Positions 1 through 11,028 of a DNA stretch of 40,652 bases are shown here, one piece after another. Each line of letters begins with the position of its first letter. Within the stretch, counting starts at the first letter, position 1. Below the pieces are notes generated by a model. That model made no database searches and was not told the origin of the DNA. It worked only from the letters and a program-made list of their open reading frames with translations. Source of the DNA: Nemertoderma westbladi (taxonomy: Eukaryota > Animalia > Xenacoelomorpha); NCBI GenBank assembly GCA_032718475.1, contig JAUCBJ010005250.1, forward strand, positions 1 through 40,652, read 5' to 3'. The position numbers and the translations under genes were made by a program.

Positions 1-60
1 CTCATCTACAAATGTGTTAGTTAAAGTCAAGCTAACATTAAAGCATACCGTAGAACATCG

Positions 61-206
61 CCGTGACCGTCACAACACCCCCCCCCCCCCCTGTCACAAA
101 ATGTCACGCAAGCTAGACCCCCACCCACCCCCCCACCCAACCCCCCCCCCCCCCCCCCCCCACCCAACCCCCCCCCTAATGCGTGACATACTTTATGAAC
201 GCCCCC
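61..206. mobile_element. Probable right end of a MITE (PIF/Harbinger-like terminus); other end not seen in window
   Basis: C-rich tracts with repeated GTCAC/GTGAC motifs end in ...GCGTGACATACTTTATGAACGCCCCC followed by TAA (207-209). A GGG/CCC terminus with a TWA flank is typical of Harbinger-type MITEs. No partner TIR is visible and the left coordinate is approximate. Confidence 0.35.
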
Positions 207-2408
207 TAACTCAATTTAGATAGAAGAATGAAGTTATTACGTTCGTGGCGAGACCTACAGAAAGACCGACCAGACATACAATACTTGAAAATAAGTGAAC
301 ATTGTTCACTTATGTACAATATTTCAATATGTCCTTGGCGCAATCAATTGATTGATCGATTCATGAGTTGTGCCGGGCTTAAGCTTTTGTGTGATATCTC
401 AAGAACTACTAGCTTAGCACTTGTTTTGAAGCTATCTACACCCACTAAATCGATGACTGCGGTTCAAATAAGCCTAAAGTTAACTCTGTACGACCAACAG
501 AAGCCTTCATATCAGCAAACTCCATTATATTCTGCGCGCGCGATCAAATGGTGTCCAAACGCTCAACTTCAGGTGTTTGAGCTACCTCTAAATATATATC
601 ATTTGTGCTCAAATTTTACTCAAGGTGTTTTTTTATCAGAAGAAAGGACTTGGGGGGGGGGGGGGGGGGGGGGGTCAGAGGAGAATTTCCACAACTTTTA
701 AATTTTACATTGATATAAGGACAACCCTAGTGAACATGATTTTATTATCATGTTGTAATGAAATATTTGCGTTGGCGTAATGTTTTTATTAATCTGTCTG
801 GTCTACTTATGAATCGGGGAATAATTTGACAGACAATATATGATGGAATACGAACAGACAGACACACTCAGCATATATTGAAAAAATAATGTTCTACGTA
901 TTATTCCCATGTAATACGTAATTTTATTCTTAAATTGGTACTTTTTTTGTTACGAAATAAATTGAACTGTAGTATTTTACTATATTGCTTCGATAGTTAC
1001 AGCGATTCATAATATTGTACTCTTCACTTCAACTCTCGATGTTGCCTTACTCAGTGTTAAATAATTTAGTGTTCTCGAATATTTATTTCGTAACTACTAA
1101 CTAGAGAGCCGCTTAACAACATAAACCAATATTGGATATTGACTTCCGTTTTGGAGTTCGCCTAGCTGACACTAAAGTTGCAATAACTTTTGAGTGTGTT
1201 AATGGGTTTTGTTCAAATTACGTGCAAAACTTTTCTACTTCGATGCACTTTCAACACATGTAATAAAATTTAAAAAATTCCACCAAAAATATTTTATTTT
1301 ACTTTTATCGCCGGAAAAAAAAAGTAAAATCAATGCATTTAAAATGTATAAATTTTCCCTAGGGATAAAAAGTACTTATTTTTCTCTCGATTTTGGGTTA
1401 TATTCGAGCGAAAAAGTAACAATTTAAGAATAAAAACATTTAATTTAGTGTAAGTGCATAGTGACCAATAAAATTAACTGTATGAAAATTTCTACGTTAC
1501 CATGTTGTATCTGTTTTCCCTGAATTTTATAACAGTTTGTTCTACTAGCACTTTGGACCTGGGACATGTGAAAATGTCATTTTGACCATGTTTTTGGCCA
1601 TATTATGTTCTGCTACGGGAAGACATGATGTCTGTTTTGAGCTGAAATTAACTGTACAGAATCTACGCTTCAGCAGCTTCCATTGAAGCCATCAACCACT
1701 TTCTAGAACCGCCGTAAACAGAAGTTATGGCTTCAGGACACCCGTTTGACCAATTTAGGTGAGAACGGCCCTGGTTGAACGATTTATATTGTAGGAATTA
1801 ATATAATGTCGTTGTGTGCTCTGTGTTCTCAGTAGCCAAGGGGTAATTTATGTGGTGTATATCAAGTTGGTTAGAGGTTCGATTCGTAGCTGTGGCCATT
1901 TTGAACATTGCGTTTCATTAATTTCTAATATTGTGAAGTTCGAATTGTTTTCCGGATATGATGACATTTCTTGGTCCGTGTTAATGAATTTGCTATTATG
2001 AATTGAATATTCCAAGATCTGATCCGGGGGTAACTTATATAATTCACTTCACTTCACCCACGCAGCCCTTTTTATTTAGGGTTTGGCCTAGCCATAACCA
2101 ATTAATAAACGAAAATCCAGGACAAAGTATTTTTAGTTGCTCAGTAACCGTTTATTTTGTAGTCTTTTCACCTTTTTACCCTTGTTTCACTGTGCAGAGT
2201 TTTATTTAAGCCTTTAGTTGTAACTTGTACCATTAATTACATTGTAACACATCACACTGTACACAGATTGATAATTACATTGATTTACATGGAATGGAGT
2301 AGTGCAATACACTGGTGCTTAAATAGCAACATTCCAATTTTATCAATCGACTCTTATCCCTCACGCAATGAGTGTGTGAGTAGTTTATCGAAATGCGGAA
2401 GGTGGTTA

Positions 2409-3267
2409 ATAGTCGCGGAGATGTGAGCGACCAGGTTGGTGCATCCCGATAGTAGTGAAGATGTGAGTGGCGAGGTTGGTGCATCCCGATAGTCGCGGAG
2501 ATGTGAGCGACGAGGTTGGTACATCCCGATAGTAGTGGAGATGTGAGCGACGAGGTTGGTGCATCCCGATAGTCGCGGAGATGTGAGCGACGAGGTTGGT
2601 GCATCCCGATAGTAGTGGAGATGTGAGCGACGAGGTTGGTGCATCCCGATAGTCGCGGAGATGTGAGCGACGAGGTTGGTGCATCCCGATAGTCGCGGAG
2701 ATGTGAGCGACGAGGTTGGTGCATCCCGATAGTCGCGGAGATGTGAGCGACGAGGTTGGTGCATCCCGATAGTCGCGGAGATGTGAGCGACGAGGTTGGT
2801 GCATCCCGATAGTCGCGGAGATGTGAGCGACGAGGTTGGTGCATCCCGATAGTCGCGGAGATGTGAGCGACGAGGTTGGTGCATCCCGATAGTCGCGGAG
2901 ATGTGAGCGACGAGGTTGGTGCATCCCGATAGTCGCGGAGATGTGAGCGACGAGGTTGGTGCATCCCGATAGTCGCGGAGATGTGAGCGACGAGGTTGGT
3001 GCATCCCGATAGTCGCGAAGATGTGAGCGACGAGGTTGGTACATCCCGATAGTAGTGAAGATGTGAGTGGCGAGGTTGGTGCATCCCGATAGTCGCGGAG
3101 ATGTGAGTGACGAGGTTGGTGCATCCCGATGACGAGGTTGGTGCATCCCGATAGTCGCGGAGATGTGAGCGACGAGTTTGGTGCATCCCGATAGTCGCGG
3201 AGATGTGAGCGACGAGGTTGGTACATCCCGATAGTAGCGGAGATGTGAGCGACGACGTTGGTGCATC
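2409..3267. repeat. 39-bp GC/CpG-rich minisatellite, ~22 copies
   Basis: Unit ATAGTCGCGGAGATGTGAGCGACGAGGTTGGTGCATCCCG-like with period 39; one shortened unit near 3130. Confidence 0.97.
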
Positions 3268-3497
3268 ACGGGTTGAGTTTGTCCAACTCGGGATCCACCA
3301 ATCAGTGTCCGCCCATCACGCTTAGCAGCCATTTGCACGTCACGTGACCTAGGGATTCATTCCTTTAATGCACTCAACGTTCGACTATATTGCTTAAATA
3401 AAGATTAACGTTTTAATAATTCCTCTTCCAGCATTTAGGGAACGAATTTTAAAATAATTATAGCATTATCGAAGTTGTATGTTATCATTTTATATAT

Positions 3498-5172
3498 GGG
3501 TCAATCGTCAATGCCAACCATATTGACCAATGTCCCGTACGTTATTTTTGAAATTTGTTGAATTTTGAAATTAACTTTGAGAATTTGCCATAGTGATGGC
3601 TAGAAAGAGCGATAATTTCTGCATATGAAACCAGAAAGTGCCCCAAAAATTTCTTGCAAGTTATTGAGAGAAACGTTCCGGAATGCAAAAATTGAGAAAA
3701 TTTTTTTGTCACGTATGGGAAATTTATAAATATTTTTTTCGTACTTTATGTCCATATTCTTGAAAATTTGAAGTAACAGTCGTTTAATGGTGGTATTGAG
3801 GTGTCCGGCAGCAAGGGATATCAGATCGAAGTGGAAAGTTTTCTAGTGAGAAAAAATTTAAAAATTATGTCACGGATAAGACATTTTTAAACCAGTGAGA
3901 ACATAATAAAGTTTCACTTTGTGGGAACCTTTGCTGTGAAAAGTGGGGCTAAATATTTTTTGTCCTAAAAATAACAATGTGATACACAAAACTGTTGCGT
4001 ATGGTCAACTGAAAATCCTTATTTTATATCAAAAAATTAATTTGAAAATCTAAATAGACAGTTTTTGATGTCATGTATGGGACATATTGATAATATGGTA
4101 TATAAAGTAATTTACATGGAAACGATTATTATAATTTTTGACATTTATTTTCCAATTAAAAACAAATCATAAATTTCTTCAAACATCTCATCCGCACTAG
4201 AATTTAAATTCAGTTTATCGTCCATCCCACTGCCAACTCCTGTTCCATTCCCAACTTACATCCCACTCTCAACTACTGTCCCAATCTCAAAACCATTTCC
4301 ACAAATAGTTAATTTGGTAATAAATTAATTTGGTCTGTTGTCAATTAAGGGGAAGGAGCAGGTTACAGTTTATCTGTGACTGGTAAGCCCCCAACCATTA
4401 ATGAAATGTAAGTTAGACCATAAGTCAAGTATGAGACATCCTGTCACGTTATGGGACATGGCAGTTTTTTCAACCTGGCCCAATAAATGTTTACGTAGCA
4501 GTCTCACTGATACAACCCATACATGGCAAAACTACCAGTGATCTAAATCTTGATGAGTTCGCGTTTTCTGCTTTAAAAGTATGGAACACTTTTTTGGACC
4601 ATTTTGGACACGCTCACACAATTTATTCATATGAGCTGCTAAACCACCAAAAATTGCCAATCTAACTGAAACACATGGAAGAATATGAGTGGAAGTGCAA
4701 ACACATCCGGTTAATGGCCCATATTTGACAATTTATATGCCATTAAATTAATCATTTACCGAATGTCACGTATGTGACAAAATATCGGACCACGTTAATT
4801 TTTTTTGTATATCTGATATCTCAAATTTACTACGAAGTTACGTTTATCTGTTCACAGGAATTATACTCAGCAGGGATATTTAATCGTTTGGCACCTGAAT
4901 TGTAATTTTAATGGCCAAATTTAGCCCTTAATCACAATCATAAATTTTGAAAAATGTCCCGTAAGTGACGATTTTTTTTAAAAATTCGTTGTGTAGCTTT
5001 TTCTATAACAAACTGTGGTTGGAGTGTATCACAGCAGGAGGGGACTGATTATTGTGTATCTGGCGATCAAATTATCAAAGCCAGCTGACCATTCATTCTC
5101 GAATGATTTACATTTTTGTATATTTGTTGTCCCGTACGTAACTTGGTCAATATGGTTGGCATTGATTGACCC
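3498..5172. mobile_element. Non-autonomous cut-and-paste DNA transposon, Sola-like
   Basis: TIR GGGTCAATC(GTC)AATGCCAACCATATTGACCAA at 3498 and its reverse complement ending at 5172. ATAT flanks both ends (3494-3497, 5173-5176). No transposase ORF. The Sola assignment rests only on the GGG terminus and 4-bp AWWT TSD. Confidence 0.85.
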
Positions 5173-5221
5173 ATATGTCGTAAGAGATAATAGTTTATTA
5201 ATTATTAATCAACGTTGCTAG

Positions 5222-5340
5222 GTAACGGCGGCGAGGCTGAACCTAATCTAGCCTACCTACAACAATGGATTGAGGCGATGGCTGATATAATTTGGATGGT
5301 TCGGCAACAAGTAACCATGGTCACACAGCTCCGCAACCAG
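5222..5340 (+). CDS. STAT: STAT5-like transcription factor, internal exon (end of coiled-coil domain)
   Basis: AG/GT-bounded, phase 1-0. Encodes (G)NGGEAEPNLAYLQQWIEAMADIIWMVRQQVTMVTQLRNQ, resembling STAT5 [31 protein letters not shown]. Confidence 0.9.
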
Positions 5341-5584
5341 GTTTCAATATACACAATATATAATATACTATTATCTTAGTGTAATAATTAATTACTCAGT
5401 TGATATTTTATTAATTATTAATTTTTAATAATGCATGAGGTGATAGCATATATGGGAACTTTTCAACTGCAGTCGTAACGATTACTGCGCAAAAATAGGG
5501 TCTGACTGAACCGGTATTTTGCGTACATATAACCAACCCATTCCATTATGTTGCTGTTCGAATAATCGATTTGTTTTCCTCTAG

Positions 5585-5782
5585 GTACCCATAGCAACAA
5601 GCACACCCGATCTTGGAGCCAATCTGATCAATGAAGCCACACAGCTACTCAATAAACTAGTTGAGAGTTCCTTCATAGTAGAGAAGCAACCACCGCAGGT
5701 GCTAAAGACGCAGACAAAATTCAGTAGTGTGGTACGGTTGTTGGTTGGCGGACGTCTCAGTATACACATGAATCCGCCCCAG
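5585..5782 (+). CDS. STAT: STAT5-like transcription factor, internal exon (start of DNA-binding domain)
   Basis: AG/GT-bounded, 198 nt, phase 0-0. Encodes ...LVESSFIVEKQPPQVLKTQTKFSSVVRLLVGGRLSIHMNPPQ, the hallmark STAT5/6 DBD sequence. Confidence 0.96.
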
Positions 5783-5899
5783 GTTGGTTGGATGGTGGTC
5801 TGTTTTATGTTGGTTGACACGTTTGTTTTAATAAAATATAAAGTTCAGTTTTACCATCTACTTGAGTTGAATTTCTGAATAATAATTCTGGTTTTTTAG

Positions 5900-6008
5900 G
5901 TTCGCGCTTTCATAATTTCTGAACAACAGGCCAAATCAGTTAGTCGAGGAGAATTGGGTCGGACTATAACTGCCAAAGAAGCTTCTGGTGATATTCTAAA
6001 TAACACAG
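5900..6008 (+). CDS. STAT: STAT5-like transcription factor, internal exon (DNA-binding domain)
   Basis: TTTTTTAG acceptor and GT donor, phase 0-1. Encodes VRAFIISEQQAKSVSRGELGRTITAKEASGDILNNT. Confidence 0.95.
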
Positions 6009-6518
6009 GTAGTGATGGGATGTATTATAGTCCGACATATATATCGACAATTTGATGTTTTTTTATGGAGTTAAACAAAAATTTGATAAACAAAATGTTC
6101 TTACATTATTTTTCACTCTATTTGAGCCGGTACCCTATAAATTGTAACTGTTTGTGCATACATTTTTATAAATTGATATGAAGTTAGCTAAGCGACGGAA
6201 TGGGAAAATGCAACTAAAATTTATTGTATACTAATTCATACACAAATCCACAAACCATTTTAAGGAACCAACACCTTCTTAAGTCTCATTCTTCTCCCTC
6301 CAAGTCTTATATCCAATCTCCAGCTGAATATTCTCCTCGACCACAAATCTTCTGTCCATTAGTCCACACCCAATAATCCTTTCAAAAATATTTATCCTAA
6401 AGTAAATTTTCGCAGAATCAACATTTTTAATGTTATAAACATTAATTGTTATTATAAAACTCTTTCGATCAGGATGAGATCAATTATACGATATCTATTA
6501 AATTATTAAACTGCGCAG

Positions 6519-6664
6519 GTTTTATGGAATACCAATCACAAACTCGAGCCCTGACCGCGAGTTTTCGGAACATGAGTTTGAAGAGGATTAAAAGAGGAGA
6601 CCGAAGAGGAACGGAATCTGTGATGGAAGAAAAGTTTACCATTGTTTATATCGCTGAGTTTAAG
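6519..6664 (+). CDS. STAT: STAT5-like transcription factor, internal exon (DNA-binding domain)
   Basis: CAG acceptor and GTGAGT donor, phase 1-0. Encodes (G)[48 protein letters not shown]. Confidence 0.96.
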
Positions 6665-6697
6665 GTGAGTTTATCTGTAACTTAGATAAATATAGGT

Positions 6698-8479
6698 AGA
6701 AGTTGAGTTTAGCCAGCCAAGGAGAAGTTGAGTTTATAGACAGCCAGTGAGTTGAGTTTATAGCCAGCCAGTGAGAAGTTGAGTTTATAGCAAGCCAGGG
6801 ATAAGTTTAGTTTATAGCAAGCCAGGGAGAAGTTGAGTTCATAGCAAGCCAGGGAGAAGTTGAGTTTATAGCGAGCCAGGGGGAAGTTGAGTTTATAGCA
6901 AGCCAGGGAGAAGTTGAGTTTATAGTAAGCCAGGGAGAAGTTGAGTTTATAGCAAGCCAGGGATAAGTTGAGTTTATAGCCAGCCAGGGAGAAGTTGAGT
7001 TCATAGCAAGCCAGGGAGAAGTTGAGTTTATGGCGAGCCAGGGGGAAGTTGAGTTTATAGCAAGCCAGGGAGAAGTTGAGTTTATAGCAAGCCAGGGATA
7101 AGTTGAGTTTATAGCAAGCCAGGGAGAATTTGAGTTTATAGCCAGCCAGGGAGAAGTTGAGTTTATAGCGAGCCAGGGGGAAGTTGAGTTTATAGCAAGC
7201 CAGGGAGAAGTTGAGTTTATAGCAAGCCAGGGAGAAGTTGAGTTTATAGTAAGCCAGGGAGAAGTTGAGTTTATAGTAAGCCAGGGAGAAGTTGAGTTTA
7301 TAGCAAGCCAGGGATAAGTTGAGTTTATAGCAAGCCAGAATTTGAGTTTATAGCCAGCCAGGGAGAATTTGAGTTTATAGCCAGCCAGGGAGAAGTTGAG
7401 TTTATAGCCAGCCAGGGAGAAGTTGAGTTTATAGCCAGCCAGGGAGAAGTTGAGTTTATAGCCAGCCAGGGAGAAGTTGAGTTTATAGCGAGCCAGGGGG
7501 AAGTTGAGTTTATAGCCAGCCAGGGGGGAGTTGAGTTTATAGCAAGCCAGGGAGAAGTTGAGTTTATAGCCAGCCAGGGAGAAGTTGGGTTTATAGCCAG
7601 CCAGGGAGAAGTTGAGTTTATAGCGAGCCAGGGGGAAGTTGAGTTTATAGCCAGCCAGGGGGGAGTTGAGTTTATAGCAAGCCAGGGAGAAGTTGAGTTT
7701 ATAGCCAGCCAGGGAGAAGTTGGGTTTATAGCAAGCCAGGGAGAATTTGAGTTTATAGCCAGCCAGGGAGAAGTTGAGTTTATAGCCAGCCAGGGAGAAG
7801 TTGAGTTTATAGCCAGCCAGGGAGAAGTTGAGTTTATAGCCAGCCAGGGAGAAGTTGAGTTTATAGCCAGCCAGGGAGAAGTTGAGTTTATAGCGAGCCA
7901 GGGGGAAGTTGAGTTTATAGCCAGCCAGGGGGGAGTTGAGTTTATAGCAAGCCAGGGAGAAGTTGAGTTTATAGCCAGCCAGGGAGAAGTTGGGTTTATA
8001 GCAAGCCAGGGAGAATTTGAGTTTATAGCCAGCCAGGGAGAAGTTGAGTTTATAGCCAGCCAGGGAGAAGTTGAGTTTATAGCCAGCCAGGGAGAAGTTG
8101 AGTTTATAGCCAGCCAGGGAGAAGTTGAGTTTATAGCGAGCCAGGGGGAAGTTGAGTTTATAGCCAGCCAGGGGGAAGTTGAGTTTATAGCAAGCCATGG
8201 AGAAGTTGAGTTTATAGCGAGCCAGGGGGAAGTTGAGTTTATAGCAAGCCAGGGAGAAGTGGAATTTATAGCGAGCCAGGGGGAAGTTGAGTTTATAGCA
8301 AGCCAGGGAGAAGTTGAGTTTATAGCAAGCCAGGGAGAAGTTGAGTTTATAGCAAGCCAGGGAGAAGTTGAGTTTATAGCAAGCCAGGGAGAAGTTGAGT
8401 TTATAGCAAGCCAGGGAGAAGTTGAGTTTATAGCCAGCCAGAGAGAAGTTTATTTTGTAGCCAGCTGGGAGAAGTTCAC
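6698..8479. repeat. 27-bp minisatellite, ~65 copies
   Basis: Unit GGGAGAAGTTGAGTTTATAGC(C/A)AGCCA, more degenerate at both edges. Confidence 0.97.
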
Positions 8480-9123
8480 TTAAAACAAAAAAAAAATCAA
8501 CTTATTCCAGGATTATTATTAATATCTGTTACTTAATTCAGCGATTTAATTCGGCGACACGAGATATTAATTCGCCGAGTTGCGATTAGCGTCCACCCAA
8601 CATTTTAAATAAATTCTATCAACTCCTTCGTTCTATCTTTAAAGTAATTTCCTAAAGATGGTGACAACGTTAATTTGCCGAGCTACCGGCTGGCTACATT
8701 GGTCTAATTAGTTTGTTTGTTGAGGTTGCGAAGCAAGGAAATTTCTTTGAGCGAAATAGGCAGATGGTAGAGCGGACAGCCCCATCGTTATGGTAGTAGA
8801 CCGGCCGCTTTGTTACTGCTGAAGTCTCCTTAGGCCACATTGCATCGTTTTAGTTGCGCCGTAATGCCATATGTTTGTTACATAAATTATTGTTATTTTC
8901 CTCCACTCGCGGCGATGTATCGTAATTAAAGCATTTGAAATCGATTCATAGTGACTGGATTCCTTGTAAGCCATTAATTGGAGCCGCTGGGTGAAGGAAG
9001 CATTGAAATAATTTGTTATTCAGTTGTACACGATGCATATTGTATGATAGATAGAAGTTAAAAGTTTTAGATAACTCAAGGTCACACAATTTGCATATTA
9101 TACTGTATCCGTTTCGCAATATA

Positions 9124-11028
9124 ATGAGCCTTTTAGTTCTTGTAATATTTCGCAATTTTTTAGTGGTATGGATTGTATTGTTTTTATGGTTTCTTCATTG
9201 TTCGTTCGCTAAAGACACAAATTTTAGTAAACTTTTCAATGACCCTGAATTTGCTGAGGAGTGGTTGGTTCAGTATAACGAAGAAGCTCCGTACAACGCC
9301 CGTATTGAATCATTAGCGACATGGAATTATTTCACTAATATTACTGACTCCAACGCTATTGTTTATAGGCACGTGAGGGGTAATATATCCATGGTAAGTG
9401 AAGTGTGGGAGAGAGAGGCAATGAGGTTCGACACAAGCAACTTTAGTGATACCGCAATCATTCGCCAACTGAAACTAATTACCTTGGGGAGCACGCTACC
9501 TGATCCAGACACCATCGCCTCATTGACCTCTGTTGGTGCTCAGATGACTTCGATTTATAGTAAATCCAGAGTTTGCGACGCTAAAAACACATCATGTCTT
9601 CCTTTAGATCCAGATATTCTCCACATAATGGCTACGTCCCGAGACGATAATGAGTTGCTTTATTATTGGAAAGGTTTCAGAGACGAGGTTGGACCAGCTA
9701 TTAAACCGCTTTACGTTGAGTTTGTTGAGTTGTTAGATAACACCGGTGATTATTCCGATATGGGTGAGGCGTGGAGGTCCGCATACGAAATGGAAGACGG
9801 TGACTTCTTAAATGAGGTTAACAACCTCTGGGGAGAGATCCGACCACTGTACGAGCAGCTCCACGCTTACGTTCGGCACAAGTTGAGACTGACTTACGGT
9901 GCTGGGATCGTGGACGCATCGGACGGTTTGATTCCGGCTCATCTCCTTGGCAACATGTGGGCCCAGAAGTGGGATGGCGTGTACGATATAGTCGCTCCTT
10001 ACCCGGAGGTCGCTACTCCGGACGTATCTTCCGAGTTACAACGTCGGAACTACACTGTCGTGGACCTCTTCCGATTGGCCGATGAGTTCTACCAGGGTTT
10101 AGGATTTCCTGCCATGCCGGATTCATTTTGGTCTCTTAGTGTTCTAGAACGACCGGCGGATGGGCGTGAAATAGTCTGTCACCCTTCGGCCTTCAACATG
10201 CACAACAAAGACGACGTTCGTATCAAGATGTGCGGTGACGTCTCCATGTACACTCTGCTAACTGCGCACCACGAGATGGGTCATTGTCATTATTATCTCG
10301 CCTACCAGGGCGGCTCTGTACACACTCATCAACTTCCTTTCGTTTATCAAACAGGCGCCAATCCCGCCTTCCATGAGGCCATCGGTGACACCATCTCTAT
10401 TTCCGTAGTCACCCCTGATCACCTTCGTTCTATTGGTCTATTCAACTATTCCTCCACCGAGGACTCGTATATAGAAAAGGTTGCAATAAATTTCCTACTT
10501 AGACAGGCTCTTCAAAAACTCGCCTTCCTGCCTTTTGGTCTACTAGTGGACCAATGGCGATGGGATGTGTTTAGCGGTAGCGTAGGTCCCGAATCCTACA
10601 ACTCCCATTGGTGGACGCTGAGGGCGTACTATCAGGGCCTTAAATCTCCTGTACCACGTGACCCCGGGGACTTTGATGCGGGGGCCAAGTATCACGTGGC
10701 GGCCAACGTACCGTATATTCGCTACTTCTTCAGTCATCTACTTCAGTTTCAGTTCCATAAGACTCTCTGTGGGGCCGCCAATCACGACGGGCCGTTGTAT
10801 CGTTGCGATGTGAACGGGAGCCGGGACGCAGGGTCCATGTTGCGTCACATGTTGACCAAAGGGAGTAGCGAACCTTGGCCGTCGGTCCTCGAGTCATTTA
10901 CGGGTTCCAGTCGAGTGACCACGGGCGGACTCATCGACTACTTCAATCCGCTTTTTAATTGGCTGACAAATTATAATCGACAATGGGGAGATGTTGGTTG
11001 GGATGACGGATTCTCCTATAAACGCTAA
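9124..11028 (+). CDS. ACE: Angiotensin-converting enzyme (peptidase M2), single domain, secreted, intronless
   Basis: Uninterrupted 634-codon ORF from the first ATG (the track start at 9091 is TTG). Hydrophobic N-terminal signal, HEMGH zinc motif (10270-10284), EAIGD third ligand, IPAHLLGNMWAQ and FDAGAKYHV...PYIRYF. No C-terminal transmembrane segment. Confidence 0.96.
   Translation: MSLLVLVIFRNFLVVWIVLFLWFLHCSFAKDTNFSKLFNDPEFAEEWLVQYNEEAPYNARIESLATWNYFTNITDSNAIVYRHVRGNISMVSEVWEREAMRFDTSNFSDTAIIRQLKLITLGSTLPDPDTIASLTSVGAQMTSIYSKSRVCDAKNTSCLPLDPDILHIMATSRDDNELLYYWKGFRDEVGPAIKPLYVEFVELLDNTGDYSDMGEAWRSAYEMEDGDFLNEVNNLWGEIRPLYEQLHAYVRHKLRLTYGAGIVDASDGLIPAHLLGNMWAQKWDGVYDIVAPYPEVATPDVSSELQRRNYTVVDLFRLADEFYQGLGFPAMPDSFWSLSVLERPADGREIVCHPSAFNMHNKDDVRIKMCGDVSMYTLLTAHHEMGHCHYYLAYQGGSVHTHQLPFVYQTGANPAFHEAIGDTISISVVTPDHLRSIGLFNYSSTEDSYIEKVAINFLLRQALQKLAFLPFGLLVDQWRWDVFSGSVGPESYNSHWWTLRAYYQGLKSPVPRDPGDFDAGAKYHVAANVPYIRYFFSHLLQFQFHKTLCGAANHDGPLYRCDVNGSRDAGSMLRHMLTKGSSEPWPSVLESFTGSSRVTTGGLIDYFNPLFNWLTNYNRQWGDVGWDDGFSYKR

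Noticed and set aside
2275-3338. Three long - strand ORFs over the 39-bp array
   Set aside because: The unit lacks stops on that strand in all frames, and a shortened unit shifts the register. Nothing supports real coding.
6235-6260. LWIC on the - strand as a possible next JIP exon
   Set aside because: Flanked by in-frame stops with no usable splice sites.
6807-8483. 463-aa and 74-aa repetitive ORFs
   Set aside because: Translations of the 27-bp minisatellite.
8760-8822. SPIVMVV peptide as a possible next STAT exon
   Set aside because: Lacks the conserved HG-Q residues and hits a stop shortly afterwards.
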